From: Candidatus Latescibacterota bacterium
GTDB taxonomy: Bacteria > Latescibacterota > UBA2968 > UBA8231
Assembly (NCBI GenBank): GCA_965206595.1
Contig: OZ242214.1
Location: forward strand, 5,120,001 to 5,184,000
Reading direction: 5' to 3'
Length of the DNA stretch: 64,000 nt
Shown in pieces: positions 8,627-19,062 of the stretch. Position 1 is the first letter of the stretch, and every line of letters begins with the position of its first letter. The notes under the pieces were generated by a model, which saw only the letters and a program-made list of their open reading frames with translations, did not search any database and was not told the origin of the DNA. The position numbers were made by a program, and so were the translations under genes.

Positions 8627-10934
8627 ATGACAACTCGGGCGATGACTCCTTCCTCGTTGGAACGCTACGTCACTGCCATTCTCCGCCTTCGGTGGCCGAT
8701 CGTTCTGCTCGCAACGCTGGTCATGCTGGTAACGGCAGCCGGTGTTCCCTTCCTCACCGTTTCGAACGACTATCGCATTCTGTTCAGCGAAGACAATCCG
8801 CAACTCGCCGCTTTCAACGCCTTGGAGAACACCTACTCGGCCTCCAACAGTGCGTTGATCGCCGTTGCGCCGGACGGGGGGCTCGGTCTTCACCCGCGAG
8901 GCGCTTGGCGCGATTGAACAGCTGACCGAAGGTGCGTGGCGCGCGCCCTATTCCAGTCGCGTCAACTCCCTTACGAACTATACCCACAGCGAAGCCTTCG
9001 AAGATGAACTCGTTGTGGCCCCGCTCGTGGAGGACGCCCATTCACTGAGCGATTCCGACGAAGCCCGAATTGAGAGGGTCGCCCTCGGGGCCCCCGAAAT
9101 TTCCGGACGCCTGGTCTCCCATGACGGAGGCACAGCCGGAGTGGCGATCAACTTCATCCTGCCGGAAAACCCGGATCAGGCAGTGGTCGAAATCACCGAT
9201 TATCTCGATTCGCTCCTGTCCGATGCCCGCACCAACCACCCGGACATCGATTATTTCATGACCGGCGATGTGGTCATGAACCGCACGTTCTCCGATGCCA
9301 CGCAAGACGACATGCAGACCCTCACTCCTGTCGTTTTCCTCATCATCGTAGGCGCGACAATCATTCTCCTGCGCTCGGTTCTCGCAACCGTGGCCATCGT
9401 CGCCGTGCTCCTGTTTGTCATCAACACCACCATGGGGTTCGCCGGCTGGAACGGCGTGGTGTTCAGCCCCACCAACGCGGGGGTGCCGATCATTGTCATG
9501 GTCATAGCCATCGCGGATTCAATCCACATCGTCACGAGTGTCCTGCTATGTATAAGGCGCGGTATGGACAGAAAAACGGCGATAGTGGAGTCGGTTCGTA
9601 TCAATGCCTATCCGGTATTTCTAACCTCGGTCACGACGGCGATTGGATTCCTCACGCTCAACGTCTCGGACTCTCCGCCATTTCACGTCTTGGGGAATTA
9701 CGTGGCGTTCGGTGTGTTATCCGCCTTCGCCTACACCATGACGTTCCTGCCCGCATTGCTCTCGATTCTGCCATTGCGCGCTTCCCATGCCCCGTCCGAA
9801 AAGACTGCTTTCTTCGACCGCTTCGCGGACTTTGTCATTGCCCGAAATAGATTCCTGCTTGGCTCCGTCACCTTGGTGGTGGTGGTCCTGATATTCGGGA
9901 TTCCGCGTATCGAGCTGAGCGACAACATGGCGCAGTACTTCGATGAACGTTACCAGTTCCGGCGCGATACGGACTTTGTCATTGAAAACCTTACCGGCCT
10001 GGACAAACTGGATTATTCACTGAACTCGGGCCGCGAAGGGGGCATCACCGATCCGGAGTATCTGCGCAAGGTTGGGGCTTTCGCCGAATGGTACCGGAAG
10101 CAACCGGAAGTGACCCACGTCCAGGCATTTTCCGACATCATGAAACGTCTCAACAAGAACATGCACGAGGACGATCCGGCTTTCTACCGCCTGCCTGAAG
10201 ACCCGAATCTCGCAGCGCAGTACCTGTTGCTTTACGAACTTTCCCTTCCCTTCGGCAGCGACCTCAACGACCGCATCGACGTCGCAAAATCCGCCACACG
10301 CCTGGTCGTCGTTACCAGGAATGCCTGGTCTCGAGATATACGGGAACTCGACAAGCGAGCCCAGGAATGGCTCCAGGGAAATATCCCTGCCTTTGCCCAC
10401 GAAGCATCCGGGCTCAGTGTCGTTTTCGCCCACCTGTCACTGCGGAACATCAACAGCATGTTGCGTGGCACGATCGTGGCCATGGCCCTCATTTCGGTTA
10501 TCCTGATTTGGGTATTCAAAAGCGTTCGGATCGGGCTCCTCAGTCTGCTTCCGAATTTCATCCCTGCCATCATGAGCTTCGGCCTGTGGGGTTATATCGT
10601 AGGCCATGTCGGTATCGCCTCTTCCGTGGTCATCGCCGTTGTATTCGGAATAGTCGTTGACGACACCATTCACTTCCTGAGCAAATATCTGAAGGCCCGC
10701 AGTGAGGGCCATTCAGCGCAGGAATCCGTGCGCTCCGCCTTCCACACCGTGGGACATGCTTTATGGACGACGACCGCGGTCTTGTCGGCGGGCTTTCTGG
10801 TGTTCGCCACATCGGGATTCGAGGTCAGTTGGGCACTCGGTCTTCTGGTCACGACCACCATCGTCTTCGCGCTTGCAGCGGACTTTCTGCTCCTTCCGAC
10901 TCTGCTGATAGCCATCGACCGGAGAAACCCATGA
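8627..10934 (+). CDS. MMPL/RND family lipid transporter, split by a single extra G in a G6 run (8876-8881)
   Basis: Removing one G joins ORF 8627-8917 to ORF 8865-10934 as ..APDGGSVFTREAL..; RND motifs IAIADSIH and GIVVDDTIHFL. Confidence 0.85.
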
Positions 10935-11749
10935 ACTGCGCATGTTTCCCGGCGCTTCCGCTTTTCGCGTCTTGCCTGGTCATTCTGACTTCTCTTTGCG
11001 CGCCGGCACCCGCTCGTTCCGAAAGCTCCACTCCCGAGGAAACCGGGCTGCAAATCGCTCGCGATTCCCGCGCCCGCGAGGAAGGCTTCGGGAACTTTGC
11101 CGCCCGTCAAACCATGGTGCTGCGCAACAAGCACGGACAGGAGAGCCGCCGTCAAATCCGGGTAAAGGTTCTCGAAGTCCCAGAAGACGGCGACAAGAGT
11201 TTGTTTGTGTTCGACGAGCCGCGCGATGTCCAGGGAACGGCGTTGCTCATTCACGCGCACCGCGAAAGCGCGGACGATCAATGGCTTTATCTGCCCGCCC
11301 TGGAACGAGTCAAGCGCATCAGTTCGTCGAACCGGTCCGGCTCCTTCATGGGGAGCGAATTCGCCTATGAAGACCTGACCGCCCAGACCGTGGAAAAATT
11401 CACCTACCGCTACCTGCGCGACGAGCCTTGCGGCGATTTGACATGCACGGTCTCCGAACGCTTCCCCGTGGACAAGAAGTCCGGCTACAAACGCCAGGTG
11501 GTCTGGCGCGACAAGGACGAGCTACGCGTCCGGAAGGTCGAGTACTACGACCGCAAGAATGCCCATCTGAAAACCCTCACCCTGGGGAACTACGAGCAGT
11601 ACCTGGACCGTTACTGGCGCGCCGGCGAGATGACGATGGAGAACCTTCTGACCGGCAAGAGTACCGTGCTGACCTGGACGGACTGCCAGTTCCGGACCGA
11701 CCTCGACGACCGCGACTTCACACGGACGGGGCTGAGACGGGCCCGTTGA
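10931..11749 (+). CDS. Outer membrane lipoprotein-sorting (LolA-like) periplasmic protein
   Basis: Signal peptide; FDEPRDVQGTALL, DDQWLYLPALERVKRISSSNRSGSFMGSEFAYEDL. Confidence 0.88.
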   Translation: MNCACFPALPLFASCLVILTSLCAPAPARSESSTPEETGLQIARDSRAREEGFGNFAARQTMVLRNKHGQESRRQIRVKVLEVPEDGDKSLFVFDEPRDVQGTALLIHAHRESADDQWLYLPALERVKRISSSNRSGSFMGSEFAYEDLTAQTVEKFTYRYLRDEPCGDLTCTVSERFPVDKKSGYKRQVVWRDKDELRVRKVEYYDRKNAHLKTLTLGNYEQYLDRYWRAGEMTMENLLTGKSTVLTWTDCQFRTDLDDRDFTRTGLRRAR

Positions 11750-13008
11750 TGCTGCTTTGGGCCGATCTGTTCCGCGTCGCTGCGGGCGCGGTCTCGATTC
11801 TGGCACTGGTCCTGACCACCGTTGCACACGCCGGAATCGGAATAGATCACCACCGGTTTTCCGGACGATCCAGCATCGAAACCCGATGGTTTCCCGAAAG
11901 GGCTGCTCATGTCGGCCAAGGCGGGCATGCCAGCGGATTTGTAGCGGCGCCAAAGTTTTACCTTGAGGACGCCGACGCCCGAAGCCTTACCCTGGCCCCG
12001 TTCTTTCGCTACGACAACTCGGACTTTCGCCGCACTCATGCCGATTTGCGCGAAGCCTACCTGCTGCTGTTCGGAGAATTCAGCGTTTGCGAATGGGAGC
12101 TGCGGGTGGGCGTAGGACAGGTTTTCTGGGGCGTCACCGAATCGCAGCACCTGGTCGACATCGTCAACCAGATCGACTTCGTCGAACACCCGAACGGAGA
12201 GGCCAAGCTGGGGCAACCCATGATCCATCTCACCTGGTCCGGTGAGTGGGGCGTAATGGAAATACTTGGTCTGCCCTATCACCGCGCACGCACCTTTCCG
12301 GGCCGGTCGGGCCGCCTGCGCCTTCCGCTCGTGGTTTCAGACGAGGATGTCGAGTACGAGAGCGAGGCTGAGGAACGGCACCTGGATCTCGCCGCTCGGT
12401 ACAGTCACAGCTTCGGACTCCTCGACATGGGTGCGAGTTTTTTCAACGGCACGAGCCGGGAGCCGTCTCTGCGGCCGGGCGCACCGGCCTTGGTTCAGCA
12501 CTACGCGCAAATTCGCCAGTTTGGACTGGACGCCCAGCTGACTGTCGGCTCCTGGTTGTTCAAGCTGGAGGGTATTCAACGCGCCGGTGCTATCAACCTG
12601 TCCGGCGAGGAAGAGGATTACGCTGCTGCCGTTCTTGGCGGGGAATACACCTTCTACTCAGCACTGGGCTCGGCCGCCGATCTCAGCCTGCTCGGGGAAT
12701 GGAATCACGATGGACGCGGCCCCAACGCTACCCCGAGCCGCTCACCCAATACGCTCGAGAACGATCTTTTCTTCGCCTCCCGGATTGCGCTCAACGATGT
12801 TCAGGGAACCGAAATTGTGGCCAGTATTCTGGGGGATGTGGACCGTGCCACGCGCGCAATGGCCGTGAAATTTGACCGTCGTTTGTCGGACCGGTGGTCT
12901 CTGCTACTGGAGACCATTTATATCCTCGGCACCGACAAGAAAGATCTCTTCAACTACTGGACAAGACGCGACAGCTTCGCCGACCTTGGGCTGACGTATA
13001 ATTTCTAG
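11749..13008 (+). CDS. Putative outer-membrane beta-barrel protein partnered with MMPL/LolA-like genes
   Basis: Signal peptide, DLREAY, VFWGVTESQHLVDIVNQ, amphipathic strands, C-terminal LTYNF BAM-type signal. Confidence 0.75.
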   Translation: MLLWADLFRVAAGAVSILALVLTTVAHAGIGIDHHRFSGRSSIETRWFPERAAHVGQGGHASGFVAAPKFYLEDADARSLTLAPFFRYDNSDFRRTHADLREAYLLLFGEFSVCEWELRVGVGQVFWGVTESQHLVDIVNQIDFVEHPNGEAKLGQPMIHLTWSGEWGVMEILGLPYHRARTFPGRSGRLRLPLVVSDEDVEYESEAEERHLDLAARYSHSFGLLDMGASFFNGTSREPSLRPGAPALVQHYAQIRQFGLDAQLTVGSWLFKLEGIQRAGAINLSGEEEDYAAAVLGGEYTFYSALGSAADLSLLGEWNHDGRGPNATPSRSPNTLENDLFFASRIALNDVQGTEIVASILGDVDRATRAMAVKFDRRLSDRWSLLLETIYILGTDKKDLFNYWTRRDSFADLGLTYNF

Positions 13009-13029
13009 CCGCCCGAAATCCAATCCCGA

Positions 13030-13983
13030 CTAGCCGGGGACGGAGGCCTTTTCGAGGCCGACCGGAAGGCTGAAACGCACGTTCTCGGCAATACCGTCCA
13101 TGGTCGAGATTTCCAAGTCGGCGTACTCCCCCAGCTGCTCGATCAGCTCGTGCACCAGTTCCTCGGGGGTCGAGGCCCCGGCGGTTATGCCGATACATTC
13201 CTTCCCCTGCAGCCATTCCGGATCGATCTTCGATGGATCCTCTATCAGGTAGCTCGGCACACCGCTGTCATTGCTGACTTCGCACAAGCGGTTCGAGTTG
13301 GAGCTGTTTTGCGCCCCCACCACCAGCACCAAGTCCACCTCTTCGGCGAGGGCTCGCACCGCGGCCTGCCGGTTCTGGGTCGCGTAGCAGATATCCTTTA
13401 CGTCAGGTCCGACGATATTGGGGAACCGCCGCCTCAGGGCTGAGATCACTTCCCGGGTATCGTCGACGGACAAGGTGGTCTGGGTGATGTAGGCGACCTT
13501 CTCCGGATCGCGCACCTCCAGAGTTTCCACCCCTTCCACATCGCTGACCAGAAGCACCGGTCCCGGTATCTGTCCCATGGTGCCCTCCACCTCGGGATGG
13601 CCCTCGTGACCTATAAGGATGATGTCGTATCCATTGCCAGCGTAGCGGCGTCCCTCCTTATGCACCTTGGAGACCAGGGGGCAGGTGGCATCGAGCGGCC
13701 GGAGACCGCGCACCGATGCATCCTCCTCGACCTTTTCCGATACACCGTGAGCGCTGAACACGGTGATTGCTCCATTGGGTATCTGATCTATCTGTTCAAC
13801 GAATCGCACCCCCTTGGCCTTGAGGTTTTCCACCACGCGCGGATTATGGACGATTTCATGTCGCACAAAAATCGGAGGGCCGTATTGTTCCAGAGCCGCT
13901 TCAACGATCTCGATCGCGCGCTCGACTCCGGCACAAAATCCGCGCGGTTGGGCTAATATGACTCGCATCTTTCTCTCTTTCAT
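13030..13983 (-). CDS. ispH: 4-hydroxy-3-methylbut-2-enyl diphosphate reductase
   Basis: [40 protein letters not shown]; alternative start at 13968. Confidence 0.97.
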   Translation of the reverse strand: MKERKMRVILAQPRGFCAGVERAIEIVEAALEQYGPPIFVRHEIVHNPRVVENLKAKGVRFVEQIDQIPNGAITVFSAHGVSEKVEEDASVRGLRPLDATCPLVSKVHKEGRRYAGNGYDIILIGHEGHPEVEGTMGQIPGPVLLVSDVEGVETLEVRDPEKVAYITQTTLSVDDTREVISALRRRFPNIVGPDVKDICYATQNRQAAVRALAEEVDLVLVVGAQNSSNSNRLCEVSNDSGVPSYLIEDPSKIDPEWLQGKECIGITAGASTPEELVHELIEQLGEYADLEISTMDGIAENVRFSLPVGLEKASVPG

Positions 13984-15119
13984 GGATGGCCCGGTACACT
14001 CTTCAAACTTCTGCCTTCAGGGCTGCTGCCTTCGCGGGAATCGGGATAAGGTAAGGACTTTCCCACGACCTGCATTTCCACGCCGGTGCGAGGCAGGCCT
14101 CGAGTCAGCACCTTGAAGAAGAGCTTCAGGGCGAGGTTCGAGCGCGCCAGGCTGCTGGTGACAACGGTGACCGCCCACACGCTCCGCCGTGAAATTTTAA
14201 CTTCCCGCCCATCCCTGAACGTCGGTTTCGAGTGAATCCGGCGCAGGGTAAGCACGGCCATCCCCAATGCCCAAAGGCAATGGCGGCGGATGCCTGTTTC
14301 GTGGTTCGGAATGATCAGAATGAACCGCAACGCGTTCGCAAGGTGGAGGCGGGCGATCGCCACCAGTTCGAACAGTCCTTCGATGAAGCCGGGGTCTTTT
14401 TGTCTCGCCGGCAGGGTACTCAAGTCGCAACCTGCCTCGAGGAAGATGTCGCGCGGCAGCCAGCACGCACCCCGGCGGCGGTCGTCCCATACATCCTTGA
14501 GGATGTTGGTCATCTGCAGTCCCTGCCCGAAGGAAACCGAAAGGGCGAGCAGCTCTTGGCGATGTTCCGCGATCTCTTCGGAGTATTCGCAGAACAGTTC
14601 GGTAAGCATCTCGCCGACCACACCGGCGACGTGATAACAGTAACGGTCGAGGTGTGGAAGATCATCCAGGCCATCGGGCGTCGCGTTCAGTTGAAACTCG
14701 GCCATTCCACGCGACATGATCGTCACGCAGCGTTCCAACGCGCTTCGCTGGGCAGGACCAAAAAAGTGGGCGATGCGGATGACCCGGGCGGAGTTGGCGA
14801 TCAGGTCATGTTCGCTTTCAGTAGTCGAGGAAGACAGCAAGGCGCCGAGCTCGCTCGCGAAAGGCTCCGGTTCTTCCCGGCCGGCAACGACCTCGACGAA
14901 ACGTTCGGAGAACGCCTGCTTCTGTATGGGGGACAGCACCGGCTCGTCCTCGATGGTGTCCGTGATTCGGCACAGCAGGTAGGCATTGCCTACCACGTCG
15001 CGCAGCGAGCCGGGAAGCTGTGGAATGGTGAGGGCAAAAGTCCGGGACACCCCTTGCAGGATGTCCGTCTGGTAAACGATATCGCTGTTCCTCATCTCCT
15101 TTGAGAGGGACGCCGTCAT
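13980..15119 (-). CDS. Squalene/phytoene synthase family, most like single-enzyme squalene synthases
   Basis: [48 protein letters not shown]. Confidence 0.88.
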   Translation of the reverse strand: MTASLSKEMRNSDIVYQTDILQGVSRTFALTIPQLPGSLRDVVGNAYLLCRITDTIEDEPVLSPIQKQAFSERFVEVVAGREEPEPFASELGALLSSSTTESEHDLIANSARVIRIAHFFGPAQRSALERCVTIMSRGMAEFQLNATPDGLDDLPHLDRYCYHVAGVVGEMLTELFCEYSEEIAEHRQELLALSVSFGQGLQMTNILKDVWDDRRRGACWLPRDIFLEAGCDLSTLPARQKDPGFIEGLFELVAIARLHLANALRFILIIPNHETGIRRHCLWALGMAVLTLRRIHSKPTFRDGREVKISRRSVWAVTVVTSSLARSNLALKLFFKVLTRGLPRTGVEMQVVGKSLPYPDSREGSSPEGRSLKSVPGHP

Positions 15120-15205
15120 CTCGGTTCTAGTCCCGTTTTCTGGTCAGTTCGCGCTCTGTGGAAATTTCTATTGTTCTGCGGACCGCGACCACTTTTTCGT
15201 AGGTG

Positions 15206-15772
15206 TCAGCCCTTTGCCACCGCCGGAATACCATACCGGTGAAGGGTGCTCTCCAGAGTCGGTCTTCCCAGGCGAATCCGTCGATCGTTCAGCAGATAGG
15301 AGAACAGGTACCCGGCGCCGAGCATGAGGATATCGATGAGGAAACAGTACATGACGGCCCTGTCTGGATACACGTCCTTCAAATACCCTACATACAATGG
15401 CCCGAAAATCCCGGCGGCCGCCCACGCCGTCAGGACGGCGCCGTAGATCGTCGACATCTTCTTTGTACCGAACACATCGAGAACGAAGGGAGGCATGGTG
15501 GCGAATCCGCCGCCGAAACAGAGCAGGACGTAGCAGACCAGGACCGAGAAAATCCAAGGGTTGGTTTCCGTCATGAGAATCCCGAAGACGACCATCTGGC
15601 TGGCCAGAAGTATCCTGAAAACCGTAACCCGGCCGAAGCGGTCGGAAAGCAATCCCCAGAAGAGACGCCCCAGGCCGTTGCAAATCGAGCTTACGGCAAT
15701 GAGCGTCGCGCCGTACTCGGCAAGCATCGTCGGCTCGATCGAGGTATCCGCCAATCCCCAGATCTCCTGGAG
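15206..15772 (-). pseudogene. C-terminal half of an OFA-family MFS transporter; 5' half lost
   Basis: NGLGRLFWGLLSDRFGR, GGGFATMPPFVLDVFG, YGAVLTAWAAAGIFGP; homology stops at ~15772. Confidence 0.75.
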
Positions 15773-15911
15773 CGTGACGCCGGTCGCAACGGTGGCAAAG
15801 TGGTTTCCCGACCGCAAGGGACTTGCCACCGGCATCGTGGTGATGGGCTTCGGGGTCGGCGCCTTTCTTCTCAGCAAGGGCCTGGCCCCGTTTTTGCTCA
15901 CGAAGTTTCAT
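15773..15911 (+). pseudogene. Inverted internal N-domain fragment of an OFA-family MFS gene
   Basis: Plus strand encodes VTPVATVAKWFPDRKGLATGIVVMGFGVGAF, the OFA TM4-TM5 signature. Confidence 0.7.
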
Positions 15912-15965
15912 TCCGTTTCCTCGCTTCCGGGAAACCCGGTATCCTGAAATCCTCCAGGGCCTCGG

Positions 15966-16424
15966 TCAGTGTAGATTCTGACGGATGAAATGCACGACTT
16001 CGGGAATGTGCTCGGTGGGGTCAACATCGCGCATGATCGCCGCCAGATTGCCGCCCGCGTCAATGACGAACGTCGAGCGCTGAAAACCCTTCCCGTCTTC
16101 GCCGCAAACCCCGTACGTGGCACAGACGGAGCCGTCCGTGTCCGACAGCAGGGGGGCGCTCAAATCATATTTTTGGATAAAGGCCTTGTGGCTGGTCAGG
16201 TCGTCTCGACTGATGCCGACCAGAACCGTTTCGAGGGCGTCGAACTCCGGTTTCGCATCACGGAAACCGATTGCTTCCCGCGTTCACCCGGGGGTATCGT
16301 CTTTGGGATAGAAGAACAGCACGACCTTGCGACCGCGGAGCTTGGTGAGGCTGAGGGTACCGCCGGTGCTGGCGGGCAACTCGAATTCCGGGGCCGGGTT
16401 TCCCGTCCGGACTTTAGCCGACAT
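15966..16424 (-). CDS. bcp: BCP/PrxQ peroxiredoxin containing selenocysteine (UGA at 16284-16286)
   Basis: GGAGG RBS; MSAKVRTGNPAPEFEL..FFYPKDDTPG-TGA-TREAIGFRD..VGISRD..PLLSD..RSTFVID is one frame with TGA at the peroxidatic Cys position. Confidence 0.88.
16237..16283 (-). promoter_or_regulatory. Putative bacterial SECIS hairpin
   Basis: Stem CGGUUUC/GAAACCG starts 15 nt after the UGA, with a G-containing apical loop (CGUGAUGC); lower GAA/UUC and GCG/CGC pairs are possible. Confidence 0.65.
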
Positions 16425-16541
16425 TGCTAACCTCCTTTCCGAAGCCGACAATATAGGACACCCAACATAGCCTCCCAATGCGGTACCGGATGCAACGGCA
16501 GCCAACACCGCATGGAGACCAACCCCTGTGAGCGACGACCA

Positions 16542-17318
16542 ATGAGACTCACTTCCGAGCAGGTTTCCCGGTTCGAAGAGGACGGTGTTCTTGTTGTGGA
16601 AGATATGATATCTGCCGAAGAGGTGACCGAACTGCGACAGAGAACAAAGGAGATCGCCTGTGGGCGCGTGGACTTTCCCCTCGACAAGATCGAGTTCGAG
16701 CCGGGGGCCGAAAAATTGGGGCGCGAAATACGCAACCTGCGCAAGATCAACCACCCTTCCGGCAGCGACGGCTTTTTCCTCGACCACGCCCGCAAACCCG
16801 CCCTGCTGACGGCGGTAACATCCCTGCTGGGACCCGACATCAAGCTGTATGGCGATCAGCTGTTCGTGAAACCGCCAGGCGGGATCGAAAAGACCTACCA
16901 TCAGGATTCACCCTACTTCAAAATCGAGCCGATGGCCCTGGTTACCGCCTGGATTGCCCTCGACGACGTCACCCTCGACAACGGCTGCATGTGGGTGATA
17001 CCCGGCAGCCAGCGGAACGGGGCGCTCGATCACAGCGAGCCCTGGAGGGTGGGGGACCGCCTCGACATGCGAATTCCAGACAGCGCCATCGCCAAAACGG
17101 CAGCTGTGAACGGCGAGCGGCCGATCACCATGCGGGCGGGTGGCTGCTCCTTCCACCACTCCCTCATCCTGCATCGCTCCGGGCCCAACAGGACACCGCA
17201 TTTCCGCCGCGGCATGGCCACCCACTACATGACCGCCCGGTCGCGGTGGACGGGGGTGCCGGAGGACAAGCCTGACTACCCGCTGCTGATGGGCAGAGAG
17301 TACCCCGGCTGCGTGTAA
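16542..17318 (+). CDS. PhyH family dioxygenase
   Basis: DQLFVKPPG, YHQD, AWIALDDVTLDNGCMWVIPGS, HHSLILHRSGPN. Confidence 0.9.
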   Translation: MRLTSEQVSRFEEDGVLVVEDMISAEEVTELRQRTKEIACGRVDFPLDKIEFEPGAEKLGREIRNLRKINHPSGSDGFFLDHARKPALLTAVTSLLGPDIKLYGDQLFVKPPGGIEKTYHQDSPYFKIEPMALVTAWIALDDVTLDNGCMWVIPGSQRNGALDHSEPWRVGDRLDMRIPDSAIAKTAAVNGERPITMRAGGCSFHHSLILHRSGPNRTPHFRRGMATHYMTARSRWTGVPEDKPDYPLLMGREYPGCV

Positions 17319-17322
17319 TTCG

Positions 17323-18135
17323 GTGCTTGACGAGATGCCGAGCCATCTGAACACCGAACCGGCTCGATTCGGCGAACTAGGATACTGTCTGTTTCGCGAC
17401 ATCCTGACCGCGGAAGAAACCCTGCGCCTGCGCGCCATGCTCGACGAGGCCCTGGGGGATCCGCTGCCGCAACCTCCCGGCCGCGACAGCGCTATGGACC
17501 GGGACAACTACGTGGGCGAGCCCCACGTCCGGGACCTGCGCTGGCTCGACCTCTGCCGTCACTCCCGCGTCCTCGACGCCATCGAGTCGATCCTGGGACC
17601 CAACCTCATCCTTGTCTATTCCAGCGTCTTCATCAAGCTGCCCGCCTCCCCGGTGGAAGTGAGTTGGCACCAGGACAACACCTACTGGCCCAGCGTTCAC
17701 GGCACCGACGTCATCACCTTGTGGCTGGCCGTCGACGACGCCGACGCCGCCAACAGTGCCATGAAGGCGATCCCCGGCTCCCACCGCGGGTGGAAGGAGC
17801 TGGAGACGGTGGACTCTGGCGCCAACCAGATGCTGCGCAGGCGCGTGCCGGTGACGCCGCAACAGGAGGAGTCGGCGGTGACGCTCGAGATGAGCGCGGG
17901 CAGCTTGTCGATTCACGATTCCTTCCTTCTCCACGGCAGCGATGCAAACCGAAGCCGGCGGCGGCGGGCAGGGTATACGATCCGCTATTGCAGCACCGAC
18001 ACTGCCTGGGTCGATCTGGACAACCACCCTCATCCGGTATTCCTGGTGCGGGGTCAGGCCGGCCCTAGGGGAGATCGCTATACTTGCCTGCTTCCCGCCG
18101 TAGAGACGACCAGGGAGCTGCTGCGGAAATCGTGA
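17323..18135 (+). CDS. PhyH family dioxygenase
   Basis: WHQDNTYW, LWLAVDDADAANSAMKAIPGSH, LLHGSDANRS. Confidence 0.9.
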   Translation: MLDEMPSHLNTEPARFGELGYCLFRDILTAEETLRLRAMLDEALGDPLPQPPGRDSAMDRDNYVGEPHVRDLRWLDLCRHSRVLDAIESILGPNLILVYSSVFIKLPASPVEVSWHQDNTYWPSVHGTDVITLWLAVDDADAANSAMKAIPGSHRGWKELETVDSGANQMLRRRVPVTPQQEESAVTLEMSAGSLSIHDSFLLHGSDANRSRRRRAGYTIRYCSTDTAWVDLDNHPHPVFLVRGQAGPRGDRYTCLLPAVETTRELLRKS

Positions 18136-18176
18136 GCGCCGACGCGGCATCCGGGTACCGATCACTGCGACGTAGA

Positions 18177-18332
18177 AGCGGTACCGGGGGTCTTCCCCGC
18201 CTGTCGATGCCGGACGTGAATACCCCCCTGCCCGGAGGCATCGGCTACCACGTCCGCGAAGGCAAACACGACATCCGGCGATACGACTGGGAGCAGTACC
18301 TCGACTTCGCCGACCGGCACCTGGAGCGCTGA
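18177..18332 (+). pseudogene. C-terminal remnant of a CE15/glucuronoyl-esterase-like hydrolase
   Basis: IGYHVREGKHDIRRYDWEQYLDFADRHL is the typical C-terminus with the catalytic His; the rest of the gene is absent. Confidence 0.6.
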
Positions 18333-18335
18333 CCG

Positions 18336-19049
18336 ATGCTGCTTCCCGATGTCAAGGCCCTGACCTTCGACGTCTTCGGTACTGTCGTCGACTGGCGGAC
18401 CAGCATTATCCGCGAAGGCCAACAGCTGATCAGGGAAAAGGGGATCGACGTCGACTGGGCGGCGTTCGCCGACGCCTGGAGGGGCGGGTACGAGCCGGCG
18501 ATGGACCGGGTGCGGCGCGGTCAGCTGCCTTGGACGAAGATCGACGCTCTGCACCGGTTGGTCCTAGACCGTCTGCTAGGAGAGTTCGGCATCCGGGGGT
18601 TGTCGGAAAGGGAAGTCGACCACCTGAACCGGGTGTGGCACCGGCTGGCCCCGTGGCCGGACGCGGTCGCAGGCCTGCAGCGCCTGCGCTCCCGGTACGT
18701 GGTCGCCGCCCTTTCGAACGGCAACGTCGCCCTGCTGGTCAACATGGCCAGGCATGCGCACCTGCCCTGGGACTGCATTCTGTCGGCGGAAAACGCACGG
18801 CACTACAAGCCCGATCCGGAGGTGTATGAAACCGCCGCGGAACTGCTCGATCTGCCTCCGCACCAGATCCTGATGGTCGCCGCTCACATTCACGACCTCG
18901 ACGGCGCACGCGCCGTCGGCTACCGCACCGCCTTGGTGCCCCGGCTCCTGGAGTACGGCCCCAACGGAAACCCCGACCGGGAAGCGGAACGGCCATCCGA
19001 CGTCACCGCGGCCGACTTTGCCGAGCTGGCGCAGCTTCTCGGCTGTTGA
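18336..19049 (+). CDS. Haloacid dehalogenase type II (HAD family)
   Basis: FDVFGTVVDWR, LSNGN, YKPDPEVY, MVAAH..DL. Confidence 0.92.
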   Translation: MLLPDVKALTFDVFGTVVDWRTSIIREGQQLIREKGIDVDWAAFADAWRGGYEPAMDRVRRGQLPWTKIDALHRLVLDRLLGEFGIRGLSEREVDHLNRVWHRLAPWPDAVAGLQRLRSRYVVAALSNGNVALLVNMARHAHLPWDCILSAENARHYKPDPEVYETAAELLDLPPHQILMVAAHIHDLDGARAVGYRTALVPRLLEYGPNGNPDREAERPSDVTAADFAELAQLLGC

Positions 19050-19062
19050 AACTCGCCGTGGA

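Noticed and set aside
15966-16424. Peroxiredoxin as a nonsense pseudogene
   Set aside because: The single stop is TGA at the catalytic position, both halves are intact, and a hairpin and selC are present
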